A stretch of 64,000 bases of DNA from Acholeplasmataceae bacterium (GTDB lineage: Bacteria > Bacillota_I > Bacilli_A > Acholeplasmatales > Acholeplasmataceae), in NCBI GenBank assembly GCA_963667565.1, contig OY763415.1:320001-384000 (forward strand). The letters run 5' to 3'. The position numbers were made by a program, and so were the translations under genes. Of the stretch, positions 20,442-30,239 are shown piece after piece. Numbering within the stretch: the stretch's first letter is position 1; every line of letters starts with the position of its first letter. The notes under the pieces are model-generated. The model made no database searches. It was not told the DNA's origin and saw only the letters and a list, made by a program, of their open reading frames with translations.

Positions 20442-21307
20442 AATTACTAACAACATTATTTGATATAAAAAATCTAGAACTTCTAAGTGAAGCTGATGGA
20501 TTTATCATCGGGAATGAAACTTATGGTACAAGACTTACTAAAAGCTTTTCTATTTCTGAAATTAACGAAGTTATCACGTTTGGAAAAACACATCAAAAAG
20601 ATGTGTTTTTAGTCGCAAATCAAATGTTTGACGATCAGATGATTGATACTTTTAAATCATGGATTAAAGAGATTCTAATTGAAGATTTAACAGGCTTAAT
20701 TGTTGCAGATGTCGGACTGTATTATGCATTAAAAAAAGAAGGATTACAAGACAAAGTAATCTATAACCCAGAAACTTTGATGACCAATTATTATGATTTT
20801 AACTTTTTAGTCGAAACAGGAATTTATGGTGTGTTTATCGCGAAAGAAATCACATTAGAAGATATTAAAATCATTGCAGAGAAGAAACAAACAAAATTAT
20901 TCATGGTTGGTCATGGACATTTAAATATGTTTTATTCAAAACGACAATTAATTGACAATTATATGCATTTTATGGATAAGGAAAATCATATACACAATAA
21001 GCAAACATTAAAAATTATTGAAGAAAAAAGAAGTGAAGAACCATATCCTATATTAGAAGATTTAGCAGGAACACATGTGTTTAGATCGCAGGTGTTTGAT
21101 AGTATTGATTATATAGAGACTTTGAGACCTTTGGTTGATTATTTAGTGATAGATGCTATTTTTAAAGATGATCTTTATACTAAAGCAATGATTGATATGT
21201 ATCAAGGGCACCCATCACTTGCAAAAGAAGACATTGAAAATACATATGAAGAAGTTTGGGATCATGGATTTTTCTTTAAGAAAACGATCTACAAACAAGG
21301 AGCATAA
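20438..21307 (+). CDS. trhP1: peptidase U32 family, YrrN-like tRNA hydroxylation subunit
   Basis: YNPETLMTN, MFYSKRQLI (YrrN-type, lacks the Cys motif), GTHVF. Confidence 0.78.
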   Translation: MKLLTTLFDIKNLELLSEADGFIIGNETYGTRLTKSFSISEINEVITFGKTHQKDVFLVANQMFDDQMIDTFKSWIKEILIEDLTGLIVADVGLYYALKKEGLQDKVIYNPETLMTNYYDFNFLVETGIYGVFIAKEITLEDIKIIAEKKQTKLFMVGHGHLNMFYSKRQLIDNYMHFMDKENHIHNKQTLKIIEEKRSEEPYPILEDLAGTHVFRSQVFDSIDYIETLRPLVDYLVIDAIFKDDLYTKAMIDMYQGHPSLAKEDIENTYEEVWDHGFFFKKTIYKQGA

Positions 21308-21309
21308 AA

Positions 21310-22509
21310 ATGATAGAGTTATTAGCACCTGCTGGTGATTTAGAAAAATTAAAAATAGCTTTAATGTATGGTGCAGATGCTGTATTTATTGGTGGTCAGA
21401 ATTTTTCTCTTAGAGCACGCGCATCAAACTTCACATTAGATGACATATTAGAAGCAACCACTTTTGCCCATGAACGTGGAAAAAAAGTCTATATTACAAC
21501 TAACATTATTCCGCATAATGAAGACTTAGAAGGTGTTATCGAGTATTTACAAGCATTAGAAAAAAATCATGTAGACGCGATTATCTCTGCATCACCTTTT
21601 ATTATTGATATGGCACTTAATCATACGCAACTAGAAGTTCATTTATCAACTCAACAATCTGCATACAATAGTGAAGCAGTCAATTATTGGTTTGATAAAG
21701 GTGTTAAAAGAATTGTGTTAGCTAGAGAGTTAGATAAACATCAAATTCATGAGTTATGTGCTAAAACAAAAGCCGACATCGAAGTATTCATCCATGGTGG
21801 TATGTGCATGTCATTTAGTGGAAGATGTTCATTATCTGATAATATGACTGATCGCGATGCAAATCGTGGCGGTTGTGCACATTCATGTCGTTGGAATTAC
21901 GATTTAGTTGATGATGGTGTAAGTCAAGGTGAAACACCATTTTCAATGTCAAGTAAAGACTTAGAAGCGATTAATCAAGTGCCTTATTTAATTGATAGTG
22001 GTGTTTCATCATTAAAGATAGAAGGAAGAATGAAAAGTATTCATTATATCGCAACTGTTGTCTCTACATATCGAAGTTTAATTGATGAATACATTAAAAT
22101 GGGAGAAATCAAAGACTTTGATTTTTATGAAAAAGAAATGACTAAAGCTGAAAATAGACTATCATCAGTTGGATTTTTAGAAGGTACACCAGGTGTAGAT
22201 CAGCAATTATACCAAATGAGAAGTGAAAAGCCTTCACAACTCTTTATTGGACTTGGTATAAGTTATGATTTTGATTTGAAAACAGCTGTGATTGAACAAA
22301 GAAATTATTTTAAATTAGGTGATGAAATTGAAGTGTTTAACCCTGATGGATCAAGATTTGAATTTATCATCACACTCATGAAAGATCCAGATGGAGAATT
22401 AATTGATATTGCAAGACACCCACGACAATTAATTACAATTAATAGTCCATTTAAAATAGATAGCTATGCGATGATAAGAAAAGTTGTTAAAGAAGGAAAC
22501 CAAGCATAA
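21310..22509 (+). CDS. trhP2: peptidase U32 family, YrrO-like Fe-S tRNA hydroxylase
   Basis: ELLAPAG, HGGMCMSFSGRC, NRGGCAHSCR, KIEGRMKS. Confidence 0.85.
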   Translation: MIELLAPAGDLEKLKIALMYGADAVFIGGQNFSLRARASNFTLDDILEATTFAHERGKKVYITTNIIPHNEDLEGVIEYLQALEKNHVDAIISASPFIIDMALNHTQLEVHLSTQQSAYNSEAVNYWFDKGVKRIVLARELDKHQIHELCAKTKADIEVFIHGGMCMSFSGRCSLSDNMTDRDANRGGCAHSCRWNYDLVDDGVSQGETPFSMSSKDLEAINQVPYLIDSGVSSLKIEGRMKSIHYIATVVSTYRSLIDEYIKMGEIKDFDFYEKEMTKAENRLSSVGFLEGTPGVDQQLYQMRSEKPSQLFIGLGISYDFDLKTAVIEQRNYFKLGDEIEVFNPDGSRFEFIITLMKDPDGELIDIARHPRQLITINSPFKIDSYAMIRKVVKEGNQA

Positions 22510-22523
22510 GGTTTTCTTTTTTT
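22495..22523 (+). terminator. probable intrinsic terminator
   Basis: GGAAACC...GGTTTTC followed by T-run, overlapping trhP2 stop. Confidence 0.55.
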
Positions 22524-22704
22524 TATGTATGCATAAGATAATAAAATAATTATGTGCTATAATGAAGTTAGAAACACAAACTTTACATATGATGACATTT
22601 TTAAGATTTATTAGAGGGAAAGCAAACAATTGAGAGAGACAGCCAAAGAAAATCCAAGCATGAACTAGATGGGGATCTAATCATAGATGGAGGCGTAACT
22701 CAAT

Positions 22705-24315
22705 ATGAAAAATGCAATAAAAACATTTGGAAACATGCTTTTATTTCCAAATAAAAAACAAAAGATTATCATTGTGACATTGTTATATTTTATGATAGCA
22801 GGTGTCTATTTTTTAGTCTATTATACGGGTGGAATTAAATATGTCTATTCTCATACGATATATATTCCAATTATTTTGATGGCAGCAACCACAGGTTATC
22901 AAGGTGGATTGCTTTCAGCGCTCATCTCATCTATGCTTTTAGGACCATTTATGCCTATAGATGTTGCTACAGGTGAACAACAAGATGCAATTAATTGGTT
23001 ATATCGAATGCTTATTCTAGTTTCATCTGGTGGTCTTGCAGGTATATCTTTTGATATGCTTAGAAAAAGTAGATTAACAGCATTTAATGTATTATCTCAT
23101 CATCATTACACAACAATCACTTTATATAATTCATTAGAACTTGATTATCGAAAAGAAAAGCGAGATCAACAGGTTATTGCAATTAGAGTTGTTAATTTCC
23201 AAAGTATTGTAGATTATATTGGAGTGCTTAATTATTTTGAAATTTGGAAAGCAATTAACGAAGAGATTTCAAGTTGTTGTGATTTTGAAGGAAAACTTTA
23301 TCATATTGAAGACCAAAACTTTATTTATATATGTACTCAACAAAATAATGTGATGCCACTTGATGAACTCTATCATATGTTTGCTAAAAGTCGAATGATT
23401 AATGATGTACCTATTTATTTCGATGTTGCTATAGGATATGTTAAACGTTTAGACAGTCTTGATCATCTTGTAGAAGATGCACTCATTACCTCAAGACATG
23501 CAGAATTAAATAGTGAACATTTATTGACATTTAAGCCTGAATTTAGAAAGAGTTTAAAAGCTTTTGAACTTGTTTCAGAACTAAGAGAAGCAATGAAAAA
23601 TAAAGATCTATATTTAGTGTATCAGCCTGTCGTTAAATCAAAATCTCATAAGATTAAGGCTGTTGAAGCTTTAGTGAGATGGCAACATAAAACACAAGGC
23701 GTTATTATGCCAGGGGCATTTATTGAACTTGTTGAACAAACATTACTCATCAACGATTTATCATATTATATTGCAAGAGAAGTTAAAGAAGAGATTTTAC
23801 CAGAACTCATGAAAAAAGGTATTCAAGTGTCAATAAATATTTCTGGTAAAAACTTTCAAAATAAACACTTTATGCAACAATTGCTAAGTGAAGAAATCTT
23901 TACAGACCAAGAAAAAAAATACGTTATTCTAGAAATCACTGAAACTGTATTTATCGGTCATGTTAATCAAGTGGTTCAGTTGCTCGAAACACTCAAATCT
24001 AAAGGATATATGCTTGCTTTAGATGATTTTGGAGTTGGATTTACAAGTCTATCCTATTTAGGAAAATATCCTATTGATTATTTGAAAATCGATCGATCAT
24101 TTATGATGCAATATCATGAAATAGCCGTACAAAGTATTGTTAAATCAGTGATTCATTTATCAAAAGAATTAGAGTATCAGGTGGTTGCTGAAGGCATTGA
24201 GACAAAAGAATTGGTAGAACAATTAGAAAAAATTGAGTGTGATTTCTTTCAAGGGTATTACTTCTCAAAACCTGTTGATAAGCATGAAATCTTGAAATTG
24301 ATTCATAAAAAATAA
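22705..24315 (+). CDS. membrane-anchored EAL-domain phosphodiesterase with degenerate GGDEF-like middle domain
   Basis: About 4 N-terminal TM segments; YQP, EALVRW, EITE, DDFGVG, KIDRSF, EGIE, QGYYFSKP; no GGDEF motif. Confidence 0.9.
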   Translation: MKNAIKTFGNMLLFPNKKQKIIIVTLLYFMIAGVYFLVYYTGGIKYVYSHTIYIPIILMAATTGYQGGLLSALISSMLLGPFMPIDVATGEQQDAINWLYRMLILVSSGGLAGISFDMLRKSRLTAFNVLSHHHYTTITLYNSLELDYRKEKRDQQVIAIRVVNFQSIVDYIGVLNYFEIWKAINEEISSCCDFEGKLYHIEDQNFIYICTQQNNVMPLDELYHMFAKSRMINDVPIYFDVAIGYVKRLDSLDHLVEDALITSRHAELNSEHLLTFKPEFRKSLKAFELVSELREAMKNKDLYLVYQPVVKSKSHKIKAVEALVRWQHKTQGVIMPGAFIELVEQTLLINDLSYYIAREVKEEILPELMKKGIQVSINISGKNFQNKHFMQQLLSEEIFTDQEKKYVILEITETVFIGHVNQVVQLLETLKSKGYMLALDDFGVGFTSLSYLGKYPIDYLKIDRSFMMQYHEIAVQSIVKSVIHLSKELEYQVVAEGIETKELVEQLEKIECDFFQGYYFSKPVDKHEILKLIHKK

Positions 24316-24357
24316 AAAAAGACATACTAGATTAATTTCTAATATGTCTTTTATTTT
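24314..24357. terminator. bidirectional terminator between convergent genes
   Basis: AAAAGACATA...TATGTCTTTT with A-run and T-run flanks. Confidence 0.8.
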
Positions 24358-24368
24358 GTGATAAATAA

Positions 24369-26003
24369 TTATTTAGTTAATGTATATTGTGCTTGAAACA
24401 TAGGAATTAATACGATTAAATAAAAACTTAAGATTAATCCTAAAACAAGAAGTGCGCCAACTGTTAACGCTAAGTAAAGCGAATAAAGAATTGGTACAAT
24501 GACTAATACTGCTAAAATCATAAATACACTAAATAATGCTTGTTTAACTTCAAAAGTTTTTACGTAATGGTTTAAGAATAAGAATAATGTTCCAAGAGCA
24601 CCAATAACTAAGAATAAGAAAGATGCACCACTTAATACGAAACCAGTTAATAAAGCCAATAAAAGGTTAAATAAACTTCCAGCAATAATAAACTCTGTTT
24701 GCATATTTTGATATTTTTTAACATAAACTCTATATGCTAAATAGGTTAAACCAATGAGTGTAATTAGTGTGGGTATACCACCTAAATTTGTCTTAACATA
24801 TGTGAGACTAAAATCGACTTTTGAATAGAATGCAATAATTCTTGCTACGATATATCCAACGACAATGAATGCACCCATAAGACCACCAAATAAACTAAAT
24901 GATTTACCAAGTCTCTTAAGTGATATACTTTCATTTTTTAGAGCTAAAACAATGAACGCAACAAGTGCAACTAAGAACACTATATGCATCACATTTGCGA
25001 AATTTTCTGAATATCTTACAAAGACATTAGCAAATAATGTAAAGAAGACATCATTGTGTGTGCCATCAAAATAATTGATGTCGCTATAAGTAGCGTTTGT
25101 TGCAAATTCTTCAACAAGTGGTACAATTTGCTCACCATAATGTTGAATACTTGATGGATTGATATTTGTGTAATTATCATTAGGTGTATGGTAATAATAT
25201 AAGTTATCAAGGACAGCAAAGTTCATACCATTTTTGTCAATAGCCAAAAATTTGGTGAAGTCTGTTGAGTTTGGCATGACTGTATATACAGCTGTTGCTA
25301 AACTATAAGATACTGGATAATTTGCATTTGAGTATAAATCTAAAACTTTATTGTTATTTGCACTTGTTTCAAACATGTAAGCAGGGCCTTTAACACCACG
25401 AGCTTCAATATTGATAACAAATCCAACTTTAGACATTAAGTCTGTTTCTTGTGTTGCAAATGCTGCACCATATAAACCAGTTTCTTCAGCATCAGTCATA
25501 AGAATATAAATTGTATTTTCTAAATTTCTATCTTTATAGAGTCTTGCAATTTCAAGCATGGTTGCAATTGCATAACCATCATCTGCTGCACCATAGGATT
25601 CACCAAGTTCTCCAGCACGTCCTACATGACCTCTTGAATCATAATGACCCACGAGCATAATCGCTGTTTCTGAATTTCCTGGAATGACACCTAATAAATT
25701 ATGTATGTCATATTCGATTGTTGCATCGGTAACTAGTGTGTGATCATATGTATATTCAGTGACATTAGATGCTCCAAGATAATCAGTAAGTCTATCTTTT
25801 AAATATAATCTTACATCTTCATGATTTTCAGCATCAAAGACACTGTGTTGATCTTGAGAGATGTAAGCAAGTGTTTGCATCGCATAAACAACATTAAATT
25901 CTTCCGTACTTTTTGTTTGTGGATTTGGTGTATAAAGTACAAAAGTTGATAAAAATAAAGCAAGCACTAAAATTATTAAAGTAAATCTTTTTTGTGTTAA
26001 CAT
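24369..26003 (-). CDS. M28 family metallopeptidase with C-terminal multi-TM domain
   Basis: GHYDS, GAADD, DAEETG, NIEARG, YYHT zinc ligands; about 7 C-terminal TM helices. Confidence 0.9.
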   Translation of the reverse strand: MLTQKRFTLIILVLALFLSTFVLYTPNPQTKSTEEFNVVYAMQTLAYISQDQHSVFDAENHEDVRLYLKDRLTDYLGASNVTEYTYDHTLVTDATIEYDIHNLLGVIPGNSETAIMLVGHYDSRGHVGRAGELGESYGAADDGYAIATMLEIARLYKDRNLENTIYILMTDAEETGLYGAAFATQETDLMSKVGFVINIEARGVKGPAYMFETSANNNKVLDLYSNANYPVSYSLATAVYTVMPNSTDFTKFLAIDKNGMNFAVLDNLYYYHTPNDNYTNINPSSIQHYGEQIVPLVEEFATNATYSDINYFDGTHNDVFFTLFANVFVRYSENFANVMHIVFLVALVAFIVLALKNESISLKRLGKSFSLFGGLMGAFIVVGYIVARIIAFYSKVDFSLTYVKTNLGGIPTLITLIGLTYLAYRVYVKKYQNMQTEFIIAGSLFNLLLALLTGFVLSGASFLFLVIGALGTLFLFLNHYVKTFEVKQALFSVFMILAVLVIVPILYSLYLALTVGALLVLGLILSFYLIVLIPMFQAQYTLTK

Positions 26004-26153
26004 ATTTTTCTCCTCTATTCAAAATGAAATATAATAGTTTGAACTTCAATATTTTAACATATTTTTTATGATTTTTAAAGATAGATTATAGTAATTCAAA
26101 TATATATTTAAATATGTTAAAATAGAAATAGAAAAATCTTTACTGAGGTAACT

Positions 26154-27569
26154 ATGATAAAAAAAATCTTTCTTTCTTTTCTTTTATTTTTGACAACACT
26201 ATCGCTTGCATCTTGTGATCCATGGATCACGCTTGATCCAAATATAAATAATCAAGATGATACACCAGTAGAAAACGTTGATACATTTGAGCGTTTATTT
26301 GATGATGTTGTTTATCGAAAAGTAACGATTGAAGTTTCTAATGATAACTGGACAGCACTCCATGAATCCTTATTAGAACATCAAGCGCTTTTTGGAAATC
26401 TTAAAACTGATTTATATGTAGATGCCAATATGACTTATGAAGATGATTTAGGCGTGATTGAGTATGATCACGTAGGTCTTAGACCACGTGGAAATTTATC
26501 TTTGACATATTTAATGGATGGTGATGGAAACATCAACATGAATAGTTTTAAAATTAATTTCAGAGAAACATTTGATGGATTGCATCCAGAAAATGATGGA
26601 AGAAGAGGATTTGAACTTAAAGAATTAGATATGAAATGGAATAGAAATTATGATGAGACTTATATGACTGAACAGTATGCATTAGATATGATGAATCATT
26701 TTGGTGTTGATGCTGCAGAGACTACACATTTTATCTTAAGCTTCATCATTGATGGAGAAGAAACTGTCATGGGTTTATATACTGGATTTGAACCCATTGA
26801 TGATGAGTTTGTTGAAAGAAGATTATCAAAAGCTGAAGAAGATGGTGATCTATATAAATGTTTATGGCAACAATACGGACCAGCATCATTAGAATTGATG
26901 GTAGATCCGCTAGCTATAGGACAAAGAGATGTTTCTACCAATTATATGCCAGCTTATGATTTAAAAACAAATAAAGATACGTCTAATCACACTGAATTTT
27001 TAACATTTATGAATAATATTAACTATTTAAATGGAACTACATTTAATGCATATATCGATGATCACTTTGAAGTGGAAAAATTTTTGAGACTTCTCGCGGT
27101 CAATGTTTTTATTGGTAATCCTGATGATTATCGTGCGATGGGAAATAATTATTTTATGTATCAAAATAGTGAGTCACTTAAATGGATGATGATTCCATAT
27201 GACTTTGATCATGGATTAGGTCAAGGCTGGTGGCAAGCTGATGTATATCCTAATTATTCGATTGGTGTCGATATTTATACTTGGTTTGATTTAAATGATG
27301 CACTGACTGGATATGATGTTAAGCATCCGTTAGTTGATAAAATATTAGCAAATGATGCATATAAAGATTTATATACAAGCATTGTTCAAGAAATCCTAAA
27401 TGATAACTATTTTACAGAAACTTATTTTGAAACTGAATTCAATCAGTTAAAAGAAGTATTTGAAGGTAGGTTTGATGATGCACTTGACAATCAAGGGTTT
27501 GGTTTAAGAAATGCGCTTGATTATATTAGTGCAAAAAGAAGTGATGTTTCAAATCAACTCAATGGATAA
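26154..27569 (+). CDS. CotH-like kinase family lipoprotein
   Basis: Lipobox LSLASC; GLRPRGN, SFKINF, GLYTGFE, NPDDY..GNNY, IPYDFDH. Confidence 0.82.
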   Translation: MIKKIFLSFLLFLTTLSLASCDPWITLDPNINNQDDTPVENVDTFERLFDDVVYRKVTIEVSNDNWTALHESLLEHQALFGNLKTDLYVDANMTYEDDLGVIEYDHVGLRPRGNLSLTYLMDGDGNINMNSFKINFRETFDGLHPENDGRRGFELKELDMKWNRNYDETYMTEQYALDMMNHFGVDAAETTHFILSFIIDGEETVMGLYTGFEPIDDEFVERRLSKAEEDGDLYKCLWQQYGPASLELMVDPLAIGQRDVSTNYMPAYDLKTNKDTSNHTEFLTFMNNINYLNGTTFNAYIDDHFEVEKFLRLLAVNVFIGNPDDYRAMGNNYFMYQNSESLKWMMIPYDFDHGLGQGWWQADVYPNYSIGVDIYTWFDLNDALTGYDVKHPLVDKILANDAYKDLYTSIVQEILNDNYFTETYFETEFNQLKEVFEGRFDDALDNQGFGLRNALDYISAKRSDVSNQLNG

Positions 27570-27593
27570 CGATTGTAAAAACAGTCGTTTTTT
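27568..27593 (+). terminator. probable intrinsic terminator
   Basis: AACGATTGT-AAAA-ACAGTCGTT followed by T-run. Confidence 0.65.
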
Positions 27594-27641
27594 ATTAATT
27601 TAATAAATTAATAGATGCTATAATAGTACTGAGGTGAAGCT

Positions 27642-28535
27642 ATGTTTAGTCAAAATGAGTTTCAAGTTATAAATAATAACTACCTAGAAATGAATCGGGA
27701 AAAGCAAAAAAAATTGAAGAAAGTAATCATGATTTCTTTGTTAACTACTGTTGTATTAGGTTTTAGCTTTATAGGTTTAAATCGCATTTTAGATAGTCAA
27801 AATGATTCAAATATGATTATCAATTTTTTCTTTATATTTGGAATGATTGTTACTGGATTTATTGCATTTATTGCATGGATCGCATCTATAAGCAAAATGA
27901 CGATGTCTTCATTCTATAGTTATATATTCTTAGAAGTGATTGAACATATGAATCAACAAGAAGGTTTATTTTATAAATATTCAAATCAGAAAGAAAAGCA
28001 TAAAGAATTAGCATCTTTGATTGAACCTGGAAATTTATTTCCTCACGGTGGAATTAATGCACATTACCATATATCAGGTTTTACAAAAGTACAGCATCCT
28101 TTTGATTTATTTGATTTAAGTATTGTGACAAGTAATGGCCAAAGTTCTACAACACACTTTGATGGCATTTATTTTAAAATGAATACAGACTTAAATACTG
28201 AAGTTCAAATGAGAAATTTATCAAAACCAAGAGTGAAGGGATTAAAATTTGAGATTGTTAGACAAGACGATAAGGTTAAAGTCTTTAAACCTCTAAATGA
28301 GAATATGAACGAAGAAGATGAACAACTCTATATGTTGATGAAACCTTTTTATCAAGATATGAACATAAGATATGCTTTTTTAAGTGTTGTTAACCATGAG
28401 TTGCACTTAGCTATATGGTATAAAAAACATCCTCTAAGAAAATTTAAAACTTTTGATCTCCATCAACTTAACGAGATTTTAGCATCATTTAATCACTTAT
28501 TTGAAATTATGAATCAATTTGATGAGTTAAACTAG
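27642..28535 (+). CDS. membrane protein with 2 N-terminal TMs, possibly DUF3137-like
   Basis: Two TM helices; 'TSNGQSSTTHFDGIYF' beta-hairpin segment; family call tentative. Confidence 0.55.
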   Translation: MFSQNEFQVINNNYLEMNREKQKKLKKVIMISLLTTVVLGFSFIGLNRILDSQNDSNMIINFFFIFGMIVTGFIAFIAWIASISKMTMSSFYSYIFLEVIEHMNQQEGLFYKYSNQKEKHKELASLIEPGNLFPHGGINAHYHISGFTKVQHPFDLFDLSIVTSNGQSSTTHFDGIYFKMNTDLNTEVQMRNLSKPRVKGLKFEIVRQDDKVKVFKPLNENMNEEDEQLYMLMKPFYQDMNIRYAFLSVVNHELHLAIWYKKHPLRKFKTFDLHQLNEILASFNHLFEIMNQFDELN

Positions 28536-28536
28536 T

Positions 28537-29190
28537 ATGACACAAACATTTCAAAAAGACGGAAAAACTATTCGTTACCAAACCGTGATTAAAAATAACA
28601 AACACACTTATTTTAGAATTAAAGATGATTATGTGCTAGTAACAACCAATAAGAAAATGATTCATTTAATAGATACATATTTATTTGAACATTTTGATTC
28701 CCTTTATCAAAAAATAAATCGAAAACCCGAAGTCAGTGCTGATAGCATTCAATTAAGAGGTAAATCTTATCATTTATCATTTCATGAAGGACGTTTTCGT
28801 TACTTGATCAAAGATTCTGAAGTGATGGCTTGGGGAAAAGATATCATGAGTACAAAAAAGAAGATTTACATGAACGAGATTAAAGAAATGATTGTTGATG
28901 TTCATCCAAAAGTACTAAAAGTCATTGCTAAAAATCAATTAAAACAACTTCCCATAAAGTATAAATATTTAAAATCTAAGTTTGGATCATATCATAAAAA
29001 ACATGATGAAATTACACTAAATACTTTTCTTGCAACACTTGATCCAATCTACTTAGAATATGTTTTATATCATGAATATGCACATAAAATTATATTTAAT
29101 CATTCCAAAGCTTTTTATGATATACTAGATACTTGGATGATTGAGCATAAAATCATACAAAAAGCCCTTAAAAAAATGGTAATTACATAA
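28537..29190 (+). CDS. YgjP/DUF45-like zincin domain protein
   Basis: LKSKFGS, EYVLYHEYAH, NHSKAFY. Confidence 0.82.
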   Translation: MTQTFQKDGKTIRYQTVIKNNKHTYFRIKDDYVLVTTNKKMIHLIDTYLFEHFDSLYQKINRKPEVSADSIQLRGKSYHLSFHEGRFRYLIKDSEVMAWGKDIMSTKKKIYMNEIKEMIVDVHPKVLKVIAKNQLKQLPIKYKYLKSKFGSYHKKHDEITLNTFLATLDPIYLEYVLYHEYAHKIIFNHSKAFYDILDTWMIEHKIIQKALKKMVIT

Positions 29191-29232
29191 AAAATCATGT
29201 ATAATATATAAGAACTTAAGGAGGTACTTTCC

Positions 29233-29703
29233 ATGGCGAAACAAACATTCCAATTAACTCAAGAAGGTATTAATAAATTAAAAGACGAACTTAATTATTT
29301 AAAGGACGTTAAGAGAGGCGAAAACTTAGAAGCTTTAAAAGAAGCTCGTGCTCAAGGTGACTTATCAGAAAATGCTGATTATGATGCAGCAAGAAATGAA
29401 CAAGCTAGAATTGAAGCAAGAATCGCTGAAATTGAAACAATCATTAAAAATGTTAAAATCATTAGAACAACATCTGATGATATTGTTAACATTGGTAAAC
29501 AAGTTAAAGTTGAATTTGTTGAAACAAAAAAACAAAACACTTTTAGTTTAGTCGGTAGTATTGAAGCAAATCCAATGGAAAATAAAATTTCTGTTGAATC
29601 ACCACTTGGTAAAGCAATGCTTAACAAAGTAGAAGGTGACGAAGTTGAAGTGAAAACTGAAACTGGACGCCTCTTCAAAATTAAAATTTTGGAAATTGAG
29701 TAA
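29233..29703 (+). CDS. greA: transcription elongation factor GreA
   Basis: GDLSENADYDAA, ISVESPLGKA. Confidence 0.97.
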   Translation: MAKQTFQLTQEGINKLKDELNYLKDVKRGENLEALKEARAQGDLSENADYDAARNEQARIEARIAEIETIIKNVKIIRTTSDDIVNIGKQVKVEFVETKKQNTFSLVGSIEANPMENKISVESPLGKAMLNKVEGDEVEVKTETGRLFKIKILEIE

Positions 29704-30239
29704 TGGCATTTTTTAAAAAATTTATTCCAACATATTTTGTTCCAAAAATTGAAGACATTGATTATGATAAACTAAAAGAACAAGGTGTGAAATCCTTGTT
29801 TTTTGACTTAGATAATACATTGATAGCCTATGATTGTGATATCATTTCAAATGAAACACTCAATCTATTAATAAAACTAGAAAAAACATTTGATGTTGTT
29901 GTCATCTCAAACAGTAACAAAGACAGAGTTATACCAGCAGTACATCATTTAAAATATGTTTATTTTGCAAAGAAACCAACAAAAATAGGTTTAAAAAAAG
30001 CACTAAATATTGTTGGAAAACAAAAAGATGAAGTCATTTTAATAGGTGATCAAATTATCACAGATATTTTTGGGGCTAACAGATTAGGTATAGCATCTAT
30101 CTTGGTTAAACCAATTAAAAAATCAAGTGACCGTAAGATTACAAAATTTAACAGAAAGATTGCAAATATGGTATTAAAAGGTGTCAAAAAGAGATATCCT
30201 AAAGCATATGAGGAGTTAATTAAACCTTATGAATCATGA
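29703..30239 (+). CDS. yqeG: YqeG HAD-family phosphatase
   Basis: DLDNTL, SNS, AKKP, IGDQIITDIFGANR. Confidence 0.92.
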   Translation: MAFFKKFIPTYFVPKIEDIDYDKLKEQGVKSLFFDLDNTLIAYDCDIISNETLNLLIKLEKTFDVVVISNSNKDRVIPAVHHLKYVYFAKKPTKIGLKKALNIVGKQKDEVILIGDQIITDIFGANRLGIASILVKPIKKSSDRKITKFNRKIANMVLKGVKKRYPKAYEELIKPYES

